Assembly (NCBI GenBank): GCA_013696315.1
Contig: JACCYU010000092.1
Coordinates: forward strand, 1 to 60,761
DNA: 60,761 bases
Direction: 5' to 3'
Source: Gammaproteobacteria bacterium
GTDB lineage: Bacteria > Pseudomonadota > Gammaproteobacteria > JACCYU01
Below, piece by piece: positions 9,950 to 20,130 of the stretch. Made by a program: the position numbers and the translations under genes. Position 1 is the stretch's first letter; each line of letters opens with the position of its first letter. The notes beneath the pieces are model-generated. The model did no database searches. It saw only the letters and a program-made list of their open reading frames with translations, and was not told the DNA's origin.

Positions 9950-12747
9950 TCAGACCTCCCGCCCCAATCGTGCCCAGCGGCGGGAGAACGCCTCGCGACC
10001 GCCTTCCATTACCCGACAGACTTCCTCTCGGACCGTCTTCTCTTGCAATGCACCGCGCTCGACGACTCGGCACTGGCCGCCTCGGAAATCGAAGGCATGC
10101 ACCATCTCCGGATCCCCGTTGACCACCACGTTAGGGTTATGCGTCACGATGATCAGTTGCCGGCGCTGCTTGTTCTCGCGGATCTGGCGTACAATCAGCT
10201 GATAAATCAAATGGTTGTCCAGATCGTCCTCGGGCTGGTCGAGGATCAGCGGCTCATCGCCGAACGCAAGCAGAAACGCCAGCAGGGCTGCCGAACGCTG
10301 GCCTTGCGAGCCCTGGGTAATGGCCGACCAGTCACGCCCGTCTCCCCCGCGACTGTATTCGATGCGAAGGTCGCCCTCTGGGAACCAGCAGCGGGCGTGA
10401 TCGGTAAACTCGGGTTTTTCAGCTTACGCTGGAGGTAATTCTGGAAATGCCCGCCGAAGTCAGTATCAAGCTCAATCATCCGCTGCTTGATGCTTTGCAA
10501 TACGACCTCCCGATCTGGGGCGTCCGCTAACTCGAACGCCAACCCGCCCGCAGGCTCGCCGTCATCGAACCGCAAGATGTCGTTTTCGAAGCGGTCGTCC
10601 TGCGCATCAAGCAGATCGCGCAAACTGCGCTCGATGCTGCGCGCATCGAAGCCAAATCCAACCACCTTCATACGCACGAAGTTATTGGTCTCCAACGTGG
10701 CCACTACAAATTGGGCACGCGCCTGCGTCGTGTCCCTGCGCGTGTCAAACACGCGTTGCCACTGGGCCTCGCTTTCAGCTTCCAGGCGTTCCCGATCCTG
10801 GCGTAGCTGATCGAGCTGTTTCAGTTGTGCTTCAAGATGTTGACGCTCCTGTACCAATCGCCCGAAGGCTTGCGGATCGGCGACGCCTTGTGCTGCGAGT
10901 GCGGCTTGAAGCGCCTCATAGTCGGTCTGCGCCTTGTCAGCGCGCTGGCGCCACTCTGCAAGCCGGCCGTCAGTGGCAAGCACCCGGACCTTCGCGGCGA
11001 GCGTGTCTGCGGCTCGTCCGAGCGCCTCGCGGGCCTCGCCCAATGTCCGCTCTGCCTCGACCCGCCACGCGAGGGCCTCGCGATCCCGCGTGGCATCGAA
11101 GGTGCCATCCGGCCAGTCGTCGAGCAGTAGATCTTGCGCCAAAGCCTCGATGCCCCCGGGTGTCGTTTGCAGTTGCTCAAGAGTTGTATCGATCTCCCGG
11201 CGCTGTCGAAGAGCTTGCTGGTGGGCCTTCAGCACCTCGGCGTGATGGGACTGTGCCAAGGCTTCGAGCTTGCGATTCAGGTCCGCGAGCTTGCGTTCCA
11301 GCTCCGGCCGTCCGGCTAATCTCCCGTCCAGTTCGCGCAACCTTGCTCGCTGTGAAAAAAAGGCGTTCTTCGCCTCTCTAAAGGCTCGATGCAGTTCTCC
11401 TATGTTGGCCGCTTCGTCAATCACGTCGAGCAACGCCTGCCGGCTGTCTCCAGCCATAGCCGCGATCTGCTTCTGTGAACATAACCGGATCGGGAAGCGC
11501 TCCGCATGCACCGCTTGGCTGGACGATGTTCGCCACTCGCCATCGTCGTCTTGTTCCTCGACGACCGCCCCTGGGGGGTCCCGGCGCCAGCGCAGTCGGT
11601 GCGTAAATCCCTCGCGCATCAGCGCCACGCGGATTTCAGTGTTTTCTCGCAGCGCGCCATCCCCGTCGCGCCCCTTAACTGGTTGAGAAAAACTCTTGAA
11701 CTCGCGGGAGGGCTCTGTCTCGTCTCCGAGGCGACGCAACTCATCATCTCGCTGGTACGCTAGGCGCAGAGCATGCACAATGGTCGACTTGCCCGTACCG
11801 CGTCCTCCGATCAACGCATTGTAGTAAGGCGTGAAGGCAAGCCGCTCCTGGGTGCCGTTACCCATAAAGCGTGCAGACTCGATCTCGATGCCGGTGATGA
11901 AGTGTGCCGGCGTCTGGAACCGGTCGAACTCCCCTTCGTCACTCCGCCGGATCGAGATCCCGTTGCCATCCAGAAGCGCGAGGCGCTGCCCTTCCAACGT
12001 GGGGCTCGCCATCTTGACCCAGGTATAGCCTGAGCCGGGAACGCCGTTACCCTGGAAGCTGTGACAGTCGCTACCCAACACCCGCGCCCACTTGCCACGG
12101 CATTCGTCGAATACCGTAGGGGTGAGTGAACGCAAATCACACCACTCCATCGCCAATACGTCCTTGACTTCAAACACCTGTCGAATGGTGTTGGCGTCGA
12201 GATGCGGTTGCCTGCCATTCGCAACCCGTAACAATCCCTTTTCCTTGTCGGCGTGCGCGGGTATGGCAACCCCGCCTGCGTCGAGTACTGCTTGCACCAC
12301 CTCGGCCGGACCCAAGCGGGTAACACCGTCGCTGTCGCCCTCGGTTCCTTGGTACCTGACGGTCGCCAGTAGGTCCGTGATAGTGCGGGTCGTTAATTCT
12401 GGATCAAAGATCGCGAGCAAATGGAAACCGCTGGAAACAGAAAGCTCGACGCCTGGGAATAGCGTCAACTCCCGAAATCCCTCAGGCGGCGACCCGGCAT
12501 CGTCTTGCCCCTTCATCTGGTCGTAGGCCGCCTTGAGGCCATCGACCCACGCGCCGCTGTTGTGGTCGGTGATCGCTACGCAATCGACCTCGGCGGCCAT
12601 GTAGCGCAACAACCAGTCTTCAGGTGCGACAGCACCACCGTTCTTCGCCCAGTAAGTATCGGTGGAGGCCGGTGTATGCGTATGAAAGTCGAACTTCCAC
12701 CAGCGCGATCCCGGGTAGGGCCAATCTTTTTGTGTGTGATCAGTCAT
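9950..12747 (-). pseudogene. PHP-phosphoesterase / SMC-like ABC ATPase fusion (Ppl / TrlF-like), one frameshift
   Basis: Track ORFs 10246..12747 and 9950..10210, plus my translation of the gap.
- PHP motifs: FDFHTHTPAS, ITDHN.
- Walker A: GGRGTGKST.
- Coiled coil of ~350 aa.
- After a frame change at the T5 run 10415..10419: KPEFTDHARCWFPEGDLRIEYSRGGDGRDWSAITQGSQGQRSAALLAFLLAFGDEPLILDQPEDDLDNHLIYQLI...LIIVTHNPN, giving the ABC signature, Walker B and H-loop.
- Length 2798 nt; adding 1 nt gives 933 codons. Confidence 0.75.
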
Positions 12748-15700
12748 GGCTGTTTATCCTCCGCCCGTTCGCGGGCCGCGCGTTTCTCGGCAACAGTGAG
12801 ATGCACGTCGTTGACACGCTCGCCGGTGAATTTGCCGTTGTTCCAGAACCACGCGAACTGCGCCTGGTCGCGTATAGGTTCTTTGCCGCGGTCCTTGTTC
12901 CGGTGGATGTTCGGCTTAGCGCGCAGGATGCCGGCGCCTCTCTTGGCGCCCGGAATGTCCTTGGCCATGAAGGGACGAATGTTCAACCGCACGCCGTCGT
13001 TGATGTCCGGCGCCCAGCCGATGGCTTGTTCCTCAATGGGCTTCCAGCGCACGAAAATGTCGAAAGGCGGTTCGCCCTCTATTATGGCGATGAGGCGTTT
13101 CTGCAATTCCAGCGCCGCGGCCAGGCGATCCTCCGCGCCACCTTCACCGCGCTTCACACCATCCTGCTGGCGCGCGATCCAGTCGCCGAGATAGCTGTAG
13201 GTGAGGGACTCCAGAAGGCGCCGGCCCTTGCCGTTGCCCTCGGCCAGCTTATGGTAGTTGACCAGGGCGTGGAAGCCATCGCGCTTGCGGCCATCCCAGA
13301 TGTGCCATATGAAGGGGCGGTGATGGAACAGCTTGCAGTGCTGTTCGAAGAACCGGTTGCGTAGCCAATCGTCGAGACTGTTACTGCCGGCCTCCGCAAG
13401 CAATTTCGAGAGCGTGTCGTTGCCCCATTCGTCGCCCCAGGCGGCTACCAGTAGATGCAACAAGCGCTCGTGCGCAGGTCGTTCACCACGCGCGGACGGC
13501 AGGCAGACAATACCGTCTGCATCCCCCTGATGGATCAAATCATCCGGGGCGAGCGCCGGGCAATCGGGAAAACTTGAACCGGTCTGGCGCGGCCACTGGT
13601 AGCCGAGCAACCGGGCCACGACCACCTGCAACGGCTGGCCTGAACCTTTGGGCTGCCGTTGAACAACCACTGCGTCGGGTCGCTCGAAAACGGCTTGGGC
13701 AACCCGTGCGGATACTTCTCCGCCGCCACCTTCTGCCAGTAAGCCAGGTCGAAGGGAACTTTTACGAGCGATGAATTTGTAACTTTGAGTGCTTGATCGA
13801 CACTACGCACATTCAGAGAAAACTGCGGTGATGAGCAGTAACACCAAATCGCAGCAAGGTCCGATTCCTCATTTGGGCATATCGCGCCGACATTGTCATC
13901 AAAGCGATCTCCGAGATAAAGTGTGGAGGCTAGCCCGGACATGCGGCTAACAATGATTCCTTTCTTTCCCCACACCTCTTGCCCAGTTCGCCATCGTTGA
14001 ATGGCCGTGTTAAGGTGCCTAACGCTCTGGGCGGCGGCATAAAGTTCGCCGGTGCCTTGTTGCCAAAAGACGACTTGGGATCGACCGCCATAATATTCCG
14101 ATAGACCCACGGTGCTTTGCAGATACTCCCAGTCAGGTTTGATGCTCGTGGGCTCCCAAAAAATTGGAAAAAGCGATTTCCATCTCCGGTCAACATTCCT
14201 GAAGCGAACGATGCGACTTTGTTCAGGAATGCCGAACGTATTTGGGTATCAATCACGATTCGAGCGTCGGGATTCAACAACTGATCTGCTTGCCGGGCGA
14301 TCACCGGAGGACATAAATTTTGGTCGCTAAGTCTTAATGATTTTTCGACCGGCGTCGTTGCTTCCGTCACGTCAAGCCCTGCCATCGTTGCTCCGTCGCG
14401 AGGCCGTGCAGCTGATATGACGCCCAGTTGTATATTGAAATCCCACATTGGCGTCTGAAAGCCCTTTGGCCCAAGCCGAGCGATGATATTCCACGTTTGA
14501 TACTTCAACAGAGATTTTCGAAGCGTCGAATAGATACCAAGAAACAACCAATTCTGCGGCGTGACCAATGCGGTCGTGCCGGAGTCTGGACAGAAGGTAA
14601 GGCAACGCTCCACGAAAGCTGTGGCTAAGTCGGCTTTGCTAGCGGGAAAATATTGCTCCAAGTGGTTCCTGAGGATGTCGTCCTGCTTTCGGCTACCGAG
14701 GTAAGGCACGTTGGTGGCGACGAGCGTGAACTGGCCGGCGAGAATTTCCGCCGCCTTGGCCAGGCCGCGCGCGGTCACGGCCATTTCGTGCGCGGTGTCG
14801 TCCCTGACTTCCTGCGCCAGCGCCTTTTCCAGCAGCGGCTGGAGTTCATGGAACGCGGCCACCAGCAGGTCGCCCTCGCCGGCGCGCGGGTTGATGAGGC
14901 TGCCCAGCACCGCCGCCTTGGTGAACAGCCGGTAAAGCCGCTCCATGCCGCGCTGGAGCTTCTGGTTGTCGCCGGCAATCGCGAGCCATTCGGCTTCGCG
15001 CGTGTTCGGCGCGAGACCGGAGCAGGCCAGGTTCAGCCGGCAGCGCGCAGTGGCCCACGCGCCGCCACGCGGCCAGCGCCAGGTTGAACGCGCCGATCTG
15101 CGTGCAGCGCGGGTCAAGCTCTAGCCCGAACAGGTTGTCGCGGATGACCGCCGCCACCGCTGCCTTCTCGTCCAGCTGTTCCTCCGCCATGCGCAGCGCG
15201 ACGAGCCGCTCAAACATCGCCACCACGAAATGTCCGCTGCCCATACATGGGTCGAGGCACTTGAGTTCCTTCGCCGTCTTCGGCCAGCCGTCAAACGTGC
15301 CGGCGGCGGGAGTCCACTTGCCGCCCTCACCTTGGATGAAGCGGAGATATTTCCATGGCCAGCACGGCAGCGACACGGCCTGGCGGAGTTCGTCCTCGCT
15401 CTGCGCCTTTTCGGCCAGATTGGGATTGGCGGCGAAAACCTTGCCCGCGTGCCACGCGCCGAGCGTGTTATCGAGCAAAAAGTCCACCATGTAATCCTCC
15501 GTGAACAGTTGCGTGACCGCCGGCAGTTCATCCGCGCCGATCTTGTTGCCGGCGGCGTTCACCTCATCCTTCTTCCTGGTCTGCCAGAACTGGTAAACCC
15601 AGCCGAGCGAGTCCGTCGCAGTAAAGACATCGGTCGGCAGGCCTTCAACCAGCGTTTCCAGTTTCAATCGATGCTCCCGCGCGAGCTGGACTTTGAACAC

Positions 15701-16147
15701 CGGATGGTCGGGGCGGAACACCTGCGGCAGCATCCGATTGGCAAAGCGCGCAGCCAGCGCCCATTGGTCGACGCCCTCTTTCTTCGCCAGCTCTTCACAT
15801 TCAGCCAGGGTGATGGCGACCCCCATGTCCGGTTCGATGAGCAAATCGCTCTCGGCGAGAAAGCGGGCAAAGAGCATTCCGTGCCAGTGCTCGTAGGCGC
15901 ACTCGTGCACCTGGTGATCGATGCCCTGGCTTCCCGAACGCGCATCGAGCCGGTCACCGAGCTGGCGCGCGTGGGCGCGCAACCGCCGGCGCAGGGTGCG
16001 CTGCTCCGAGCTCATATGCCCGTACGGCTCGTGGTGGTGCACGGCGAGCGCCTCCAACGCTACACGGGCGCCCGCTTCAGCCACGTCGCGCGCTTGGACA
16101 ACAGTGCGTTCGAGTTGCCTGCGAAGGTGTGGCGAGAGCGTTTCCAC
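12744..16147 (-). pseudogene. pglX: BREX-1 N6-adenine DNA methyltransferase PglX, three frameshifts
   Basis: Four overlapping pieces: 14846..16147, 13930..15117, 13535..14110 and 12744..13670.
- Motif I LDPCMGSGHF, motif IV ATNVPYLG, C-terminal LQVVVARLLGYQWP.
- Joined reading: ...FNLALAAW..ALP|LNLACSGL..., ...GNRFFQFF|WEPTSIKPDWEYLQSTVGLSEYYGG..., ...DPTQWLFNGSPK|GSGQPLQVVVARLL...
- Length 3404 nt. Removing one inserted base and restoring two deleted ones gives 3405 nt, a multiple of 3. Confidence 0.85.
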
Positions 16148-16156
16148 GATTCTGGG

Positions 16157-16445
16157 TCACTCGAATTCGGCACGCGGCAGGCCGGCCCAAGGGGTGATCG
16201 ACATCATTCGGCAAAACGCCCCCGCATTATTTTCAGGCGAATGAACTTCTGTAGGGTGGATTAAGGCGCGTAGCGCCGAATTCACAGCGGTTGGTGGATA
16301 CGCCCGCAAAACCGGCGGGCTTTATCCACCCTACATGGCTACATTGCTGGATGACCTTACCATCGTGCAGAGGCATTTTCGGGAAAACCGCGAGCCGCCA
16401 GAATTTGGCGGACATCCTGCCGGAAAGGACCCGCAACTTACGCAA
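16157..16445 (-). pseudogene. hicA: hicA (YcfA/HicA-family toxin) remnant: frame-disrupted and split by a REP-like element
   Basis: The reading begins LRKLRVLSG. The HicA-like stretch DVRQILAARGF is only seen after a 1-nt frame switch, then ...GKVIQQCSH ends exactly at the REP element. The 30 codons after the element end ...SITPWAGLPRAEFE*, resembling the AGLxxxEF HicA C-terminus. The start overlaps the hicB stop. The reconstruction is tentative. Confidence 0.4.
16250..16335. repeat. 86-bp REP/MITE-like nested palindromic element
   Basis: Terminal inverted repeats: tgtagggtggat (16250..16261) and atccaccctaca (16324..16335). Internal hairpins: ggcgc-gta-gcgcc (16265..16277), and ggtggata/gcccgc...gcgggc/tatccacc (16293..16330). 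The architecture resembles enterobacterial-type REP units. Confidence 0.6.
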
Positions 16446-16659
16446 CGGCCACCTCGACGTGGGTCACATAGACTTCGCTGTGCAGCCGCTGCTGAATCTC
16501 GGTGGCGGAAGCGGTCTCGAAAAACAGTTCCAGAGCCGCCTTGAGATTATTGCGCGCCTCGTCCACCGTCGCGCCCTCGCTGGCGACATCCACGTCCGGA
16601 CACAAGGCGACGTAGCCGTCGCCCTCCCGTTCAATGATTGCCGTTAGCTGTCTGTTCAT
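16438..16659 (-). CDS. hicB: HicB-family antitoxin (UPF0150 fold, no DNA-binding extension)
   Basis: 73 aa: LTAIIEREGDGYVALCPDVDVASEGATVDEARNNLKAALELFFE matches the HicB N-terminal domain pattern (YxAxIExExDGYVAxCPExDxASQGxTxEEAxxNLKEALELY). Confidence 0.8.
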   Translation of the reverse strand: MNRQLTAIIEREGDGYVALCPDVDVASEGATVDEARNNLKAALELFFETASATEIQQRLHSEVYVTHVEVAVA

Positions 16660-16687
16660 GGCTGTACTCCTCTGTCGTTCGATCTCA

Positions 16688-19600
16688 TCAATTGACGAAC
16701 ACAGGCCCGTGCCTGATCTGTTCGAGCAACTCCTGCTCGGTCTTCACGATCCACGCGTTGACCTCATCGGGCGTGCGGAGCGTGGCGCTGCCGAGCTTGA
16801 CGTGGTGTGTTTTGGGCTCGACGAGCTTGTCGGCCTGGATGCGCGCGTCTGCGAAGAGCTGTGGGAGTGCCGCCGTGCGCGTCCTCCATGCAGCTAGGGA
16901 AATACGCTCTAGGGATTCGAGCACTTCCTGCTCGGTGCCCGTCACGCCCTTGGTGATCTTGACGATGTGCAACTGGCCAAGGATCCGATCCCCTTCCTCT
17001 TGCCCGATCTTGTGCCAGCTCTCGGCACTTGCAAGGCGCTGCCATTCCGCCTCAAAAATTTCGGCGTAGCGCTTCTCCGCTTGCGCAAGGGCCATCCGGA
17101 GCGCATCCGCCAGCGCCTTGGTGAGGTCGGGCACTCGATCCGTCGCGTCGAGCAGGCCGCGGTTCGCCGCGATGGCCTCGATCTGTGGCTTCGCCTCCTT
17201 CGCGGCATCCAGGCTATCGACATGACGGGCCAATGACAGCAAGCGCTCGTAAGCCGGCTGGCGCTTGTCTGCCATGTCGCGAGCCTTACTCCACTCTTCG
17301 ATGTTCTTGATGAGTTCATCGTGACGGTTGAGGATGCCGAGCAGTTGCTCATTACCGGCACGCGACTGCAGATCCAATAGGTGGCTGGTATCCGGGCGTT
17401 CGGGCAGCGGGGCTTCGCCCCCGGCACGGTTAGCCAACTCGGCGAGCTTTGCGAGGAACTGGCCGGCAGCCGCCGCCTCGTCGTTCGGCTTGCAGGCAAT
17501 CCCAGCCGTCTGAAACAATTTGCGCACCTTGAGGCGCTCGCGGGTGTCGATGGTCGCGCTCTCGACGCGGAAGTCGGTACTCGACACCTTCGCCTGATCC
17601 AGCTGCCCCGGCTTCAGCGGCGTTCCGTTTGCGGTCGCGCGCAGATGCCCGGTACCAAACAGGCTGATGAGCGCTGCGTCGACCGCATCTCGCGACCACC
17701 CATAGGGCGGGCCCGAGAAATGAGAGCGCACATCCTTACCCTTTTTCCCGGATCCGACGAACGACAGCACGGCCGAGCAGACCGGATGATCTTCGGTCTT
17801 GCCGCTGTAGTCCAGCGCCTCCAGGGGATGCTCGGCGCCCTTGCGGGCCCGCTCGATGACTTTCGGCCAACGGTGGTCGTCGGCGTCCTTGAACTCATAG
17901 AAGAGCCGATCCAGAGATGCGTCGGCGGCTTCCCTCACCTTATCCAGCAGCGTTGATTCCAATCGCTCGGTACCGCCACCCTGGAACACCTTCGCCCCAT
18001 CGACGACTTCGGCCACGAGTGTCCGCAGGCTGTTGGCTGCCTCGGTTAGCCGAGTCTCCATGCCCTGACGGGCCTCGATACCTTCGGGGGTCGAGGGGAC
18101 TCCCTTGTATTCTAAAGTATCCTTCGCCGCGCTCTGGGCGGCGATGACGCGGGCCAGCGCGTCGGCGCGAGATTTGGGCACAAACACGTGGATGATGGGA
18201 CTGTCGGCCCCCGCCGCACGTGCATCGGCGACCACGCTCTTCTCGTCGGCGCCCCAGCCATCGCGTATCCAGACCGGAACCTCGTGGCCGGTTTCCTGCG
18301 GAGGTTCGGTGCCGAAGTGCAACGCGAGCTTCCTGGGCTCCTTGCACTTGCCATGCAGGAGCTTCACGGACCCCACCGCATCCTGTACCGCGGAGCCAAG
18401 GAGCTGAGCGCGTTTGCTGCTCATGCGAGTGGGATCATTGACGAGCTTGGTTTGCCGGTTGCGGAACTCGGCTTCCCATTCGCTGCTTTCCCGCGTCTGA
18501 AGACTGTACTCATCGTCCAGCTTGATCAGCGTGCCAGCGGCCACCAGCTCGTCCAGCAGCTTCGGTACCTGACCGCGCAGCGTGGCGCCGTCCTTCGCCA
18601 GATCCTTCACCAGCAGATCCGCCAATGCATCGGCGGTGGCGCGAACCCCGATGTCGGCACCCGCTTCCCGCGGGAGCTTGCGGATAAGGAACACCAGTGC
18701 GCACAGCCGCGACTTGAGGCGGCCGTCGGGAGTGCCGTCGTCCTGCGCGATGATGGTCTCGTTGACCTCGCGGAGCAGAACACCGGACTGAAGCAGGTTG
18801 GCGGAGATCTCCTCGAATAGAAAATCCGCTGGCACCACCGTACCGACTGGCTCCTCGGCGGTGCGCCGTATGGCGTCGTAGACGATACAAAGCTGCGTGC
18901 GGAGCTGTCCGGCAGTGCCCGCGCGGTCAACCGCGCGCAGAGTATGCTCCCAGAAGCGCCGGCGGACGGGCAGCAACGGATAGTCCTCGACCAGGATCGA
19001 CTTATCCTCGCCGCGGGGTCCGATCTTGGTGCTCACCAAGTGACGGTCGAGTTCCCCTGAGTTGGCTTCCAGAGTCGATCTGACGTCGTTCACTCGGTCC
19101 GGGCGCTTCGCCAGGACAACCCGCCGGGTGACCGTTTCAACATCGTTGTCGGAGAGTTCCACATTGACCGTGAACGGCCCTGGAGACGTTGAAGCGCCGG
19201 CGTGCCCGAAAGGGCGGTTTGTCCAGTACCCAGGAAGAGCAGGCGATCGCCGAACCGTTTGCTGCAGGCTTCAACCACCTCCTGAACGACGTAGGATCGG
19301 CTGGAGTCGTCTCCGATGTACTGCTGCACCTCATCGAGGATGATGACGGCGCCAGGCATCTCGCCGTTGGACGACAGCGTGTCCTGTAGCGCGTTGACGA
19401 ACTCGTCGGTGGTGATGTCCTTCGGCTTCGGGAACTGAGCACGCAATGCAGCCCTGGCGTCCTTCTCGTTGGCTGCGAAGTTCGAGTCCGCAACGAACAA
19501 GGCTTTCGTGATCAAGGGGCTGACATACAGATCATTCAGCTCACGGCGGAACTCGCGCCCTTCCGCCTCGACCGCCGCGCGCACCTGATCGTAAATATCA

Positions 19601-20130
19601 TTCTTCTTCAGCCAGAGGGAGAAGCGCGCCTGGGGGAAACTCTCGGGGAGTTCCGCGGACTTGAACACAATCCCGAGAAGCGCGAGCCGAACGCTGTCAC
19701 CGGCGCCGGCGCCGAGGGTTCCGGCCGCCGCATGCAACCCGTGGCCTCGCTTGCCCAGTGTCGAGATTTCCTTCAGCAGATCCTCGACGTCATTCGGAAG
19801 CCGAGCCAAACCGCTGGCACTGGCGCCATCTTCGGGGAAGGTGTAGTCCGTCCACAGGAAGCGCAGCATTTTGGCCAGGTGAGATTTGCCGCTGCCGAAG
19901 AATCCGCTGATCCACGCTGCCGGTTGCTCGGGGTGGCCCTGATTGCTGACGTACGAATCGAGAATGCGAACCAGGCCGCGTTGATACTCACCTTCACAGA
20001 CGAAGTACTCGAGTTCGAAGCGCAGCGTGCGGCGCTCGTCATCGCTCAGGGCGTCGGTCATGGCCGCGACGCCATTGTTGAGCAAAGTGATCTTGCTGGG
20101 ATCCCGCTGGTAGATATCCCGGTTTTTCAT
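16688..20130 (-). pseudogene. brxC: BREX-1 P-loop ATPase BrxC/PglY, one frameshift
   Basis: Pieces 19090..20187 and 16688..19162, with Walker A SGFFGSGKSH.
- ATG 20130 (MKNRDIYQRDP) overlaps the brxB stop as ATGA.
- The joined reading ...GTPALQRLQGR|FTVNVELSDNDVETVTRRVVLAKRP needs one extra T in cgttcacgg (plus strand aa 19173..19174).
- Length 3443 nt; adding 1 nt gives 1148 codons. Confidence 0.85.

Noticed and set aside
14158-14163. The pglX A6/T6 tract as the sole phase-variation switch that keeps BREX reversible.
   Set aside because: Two further frameshifts in pglX, and one in brxC, lie outside long repeats. Reversion at this tract alone cannot restore function. I kept it only as a secondary hypothesis in the pglX finding.
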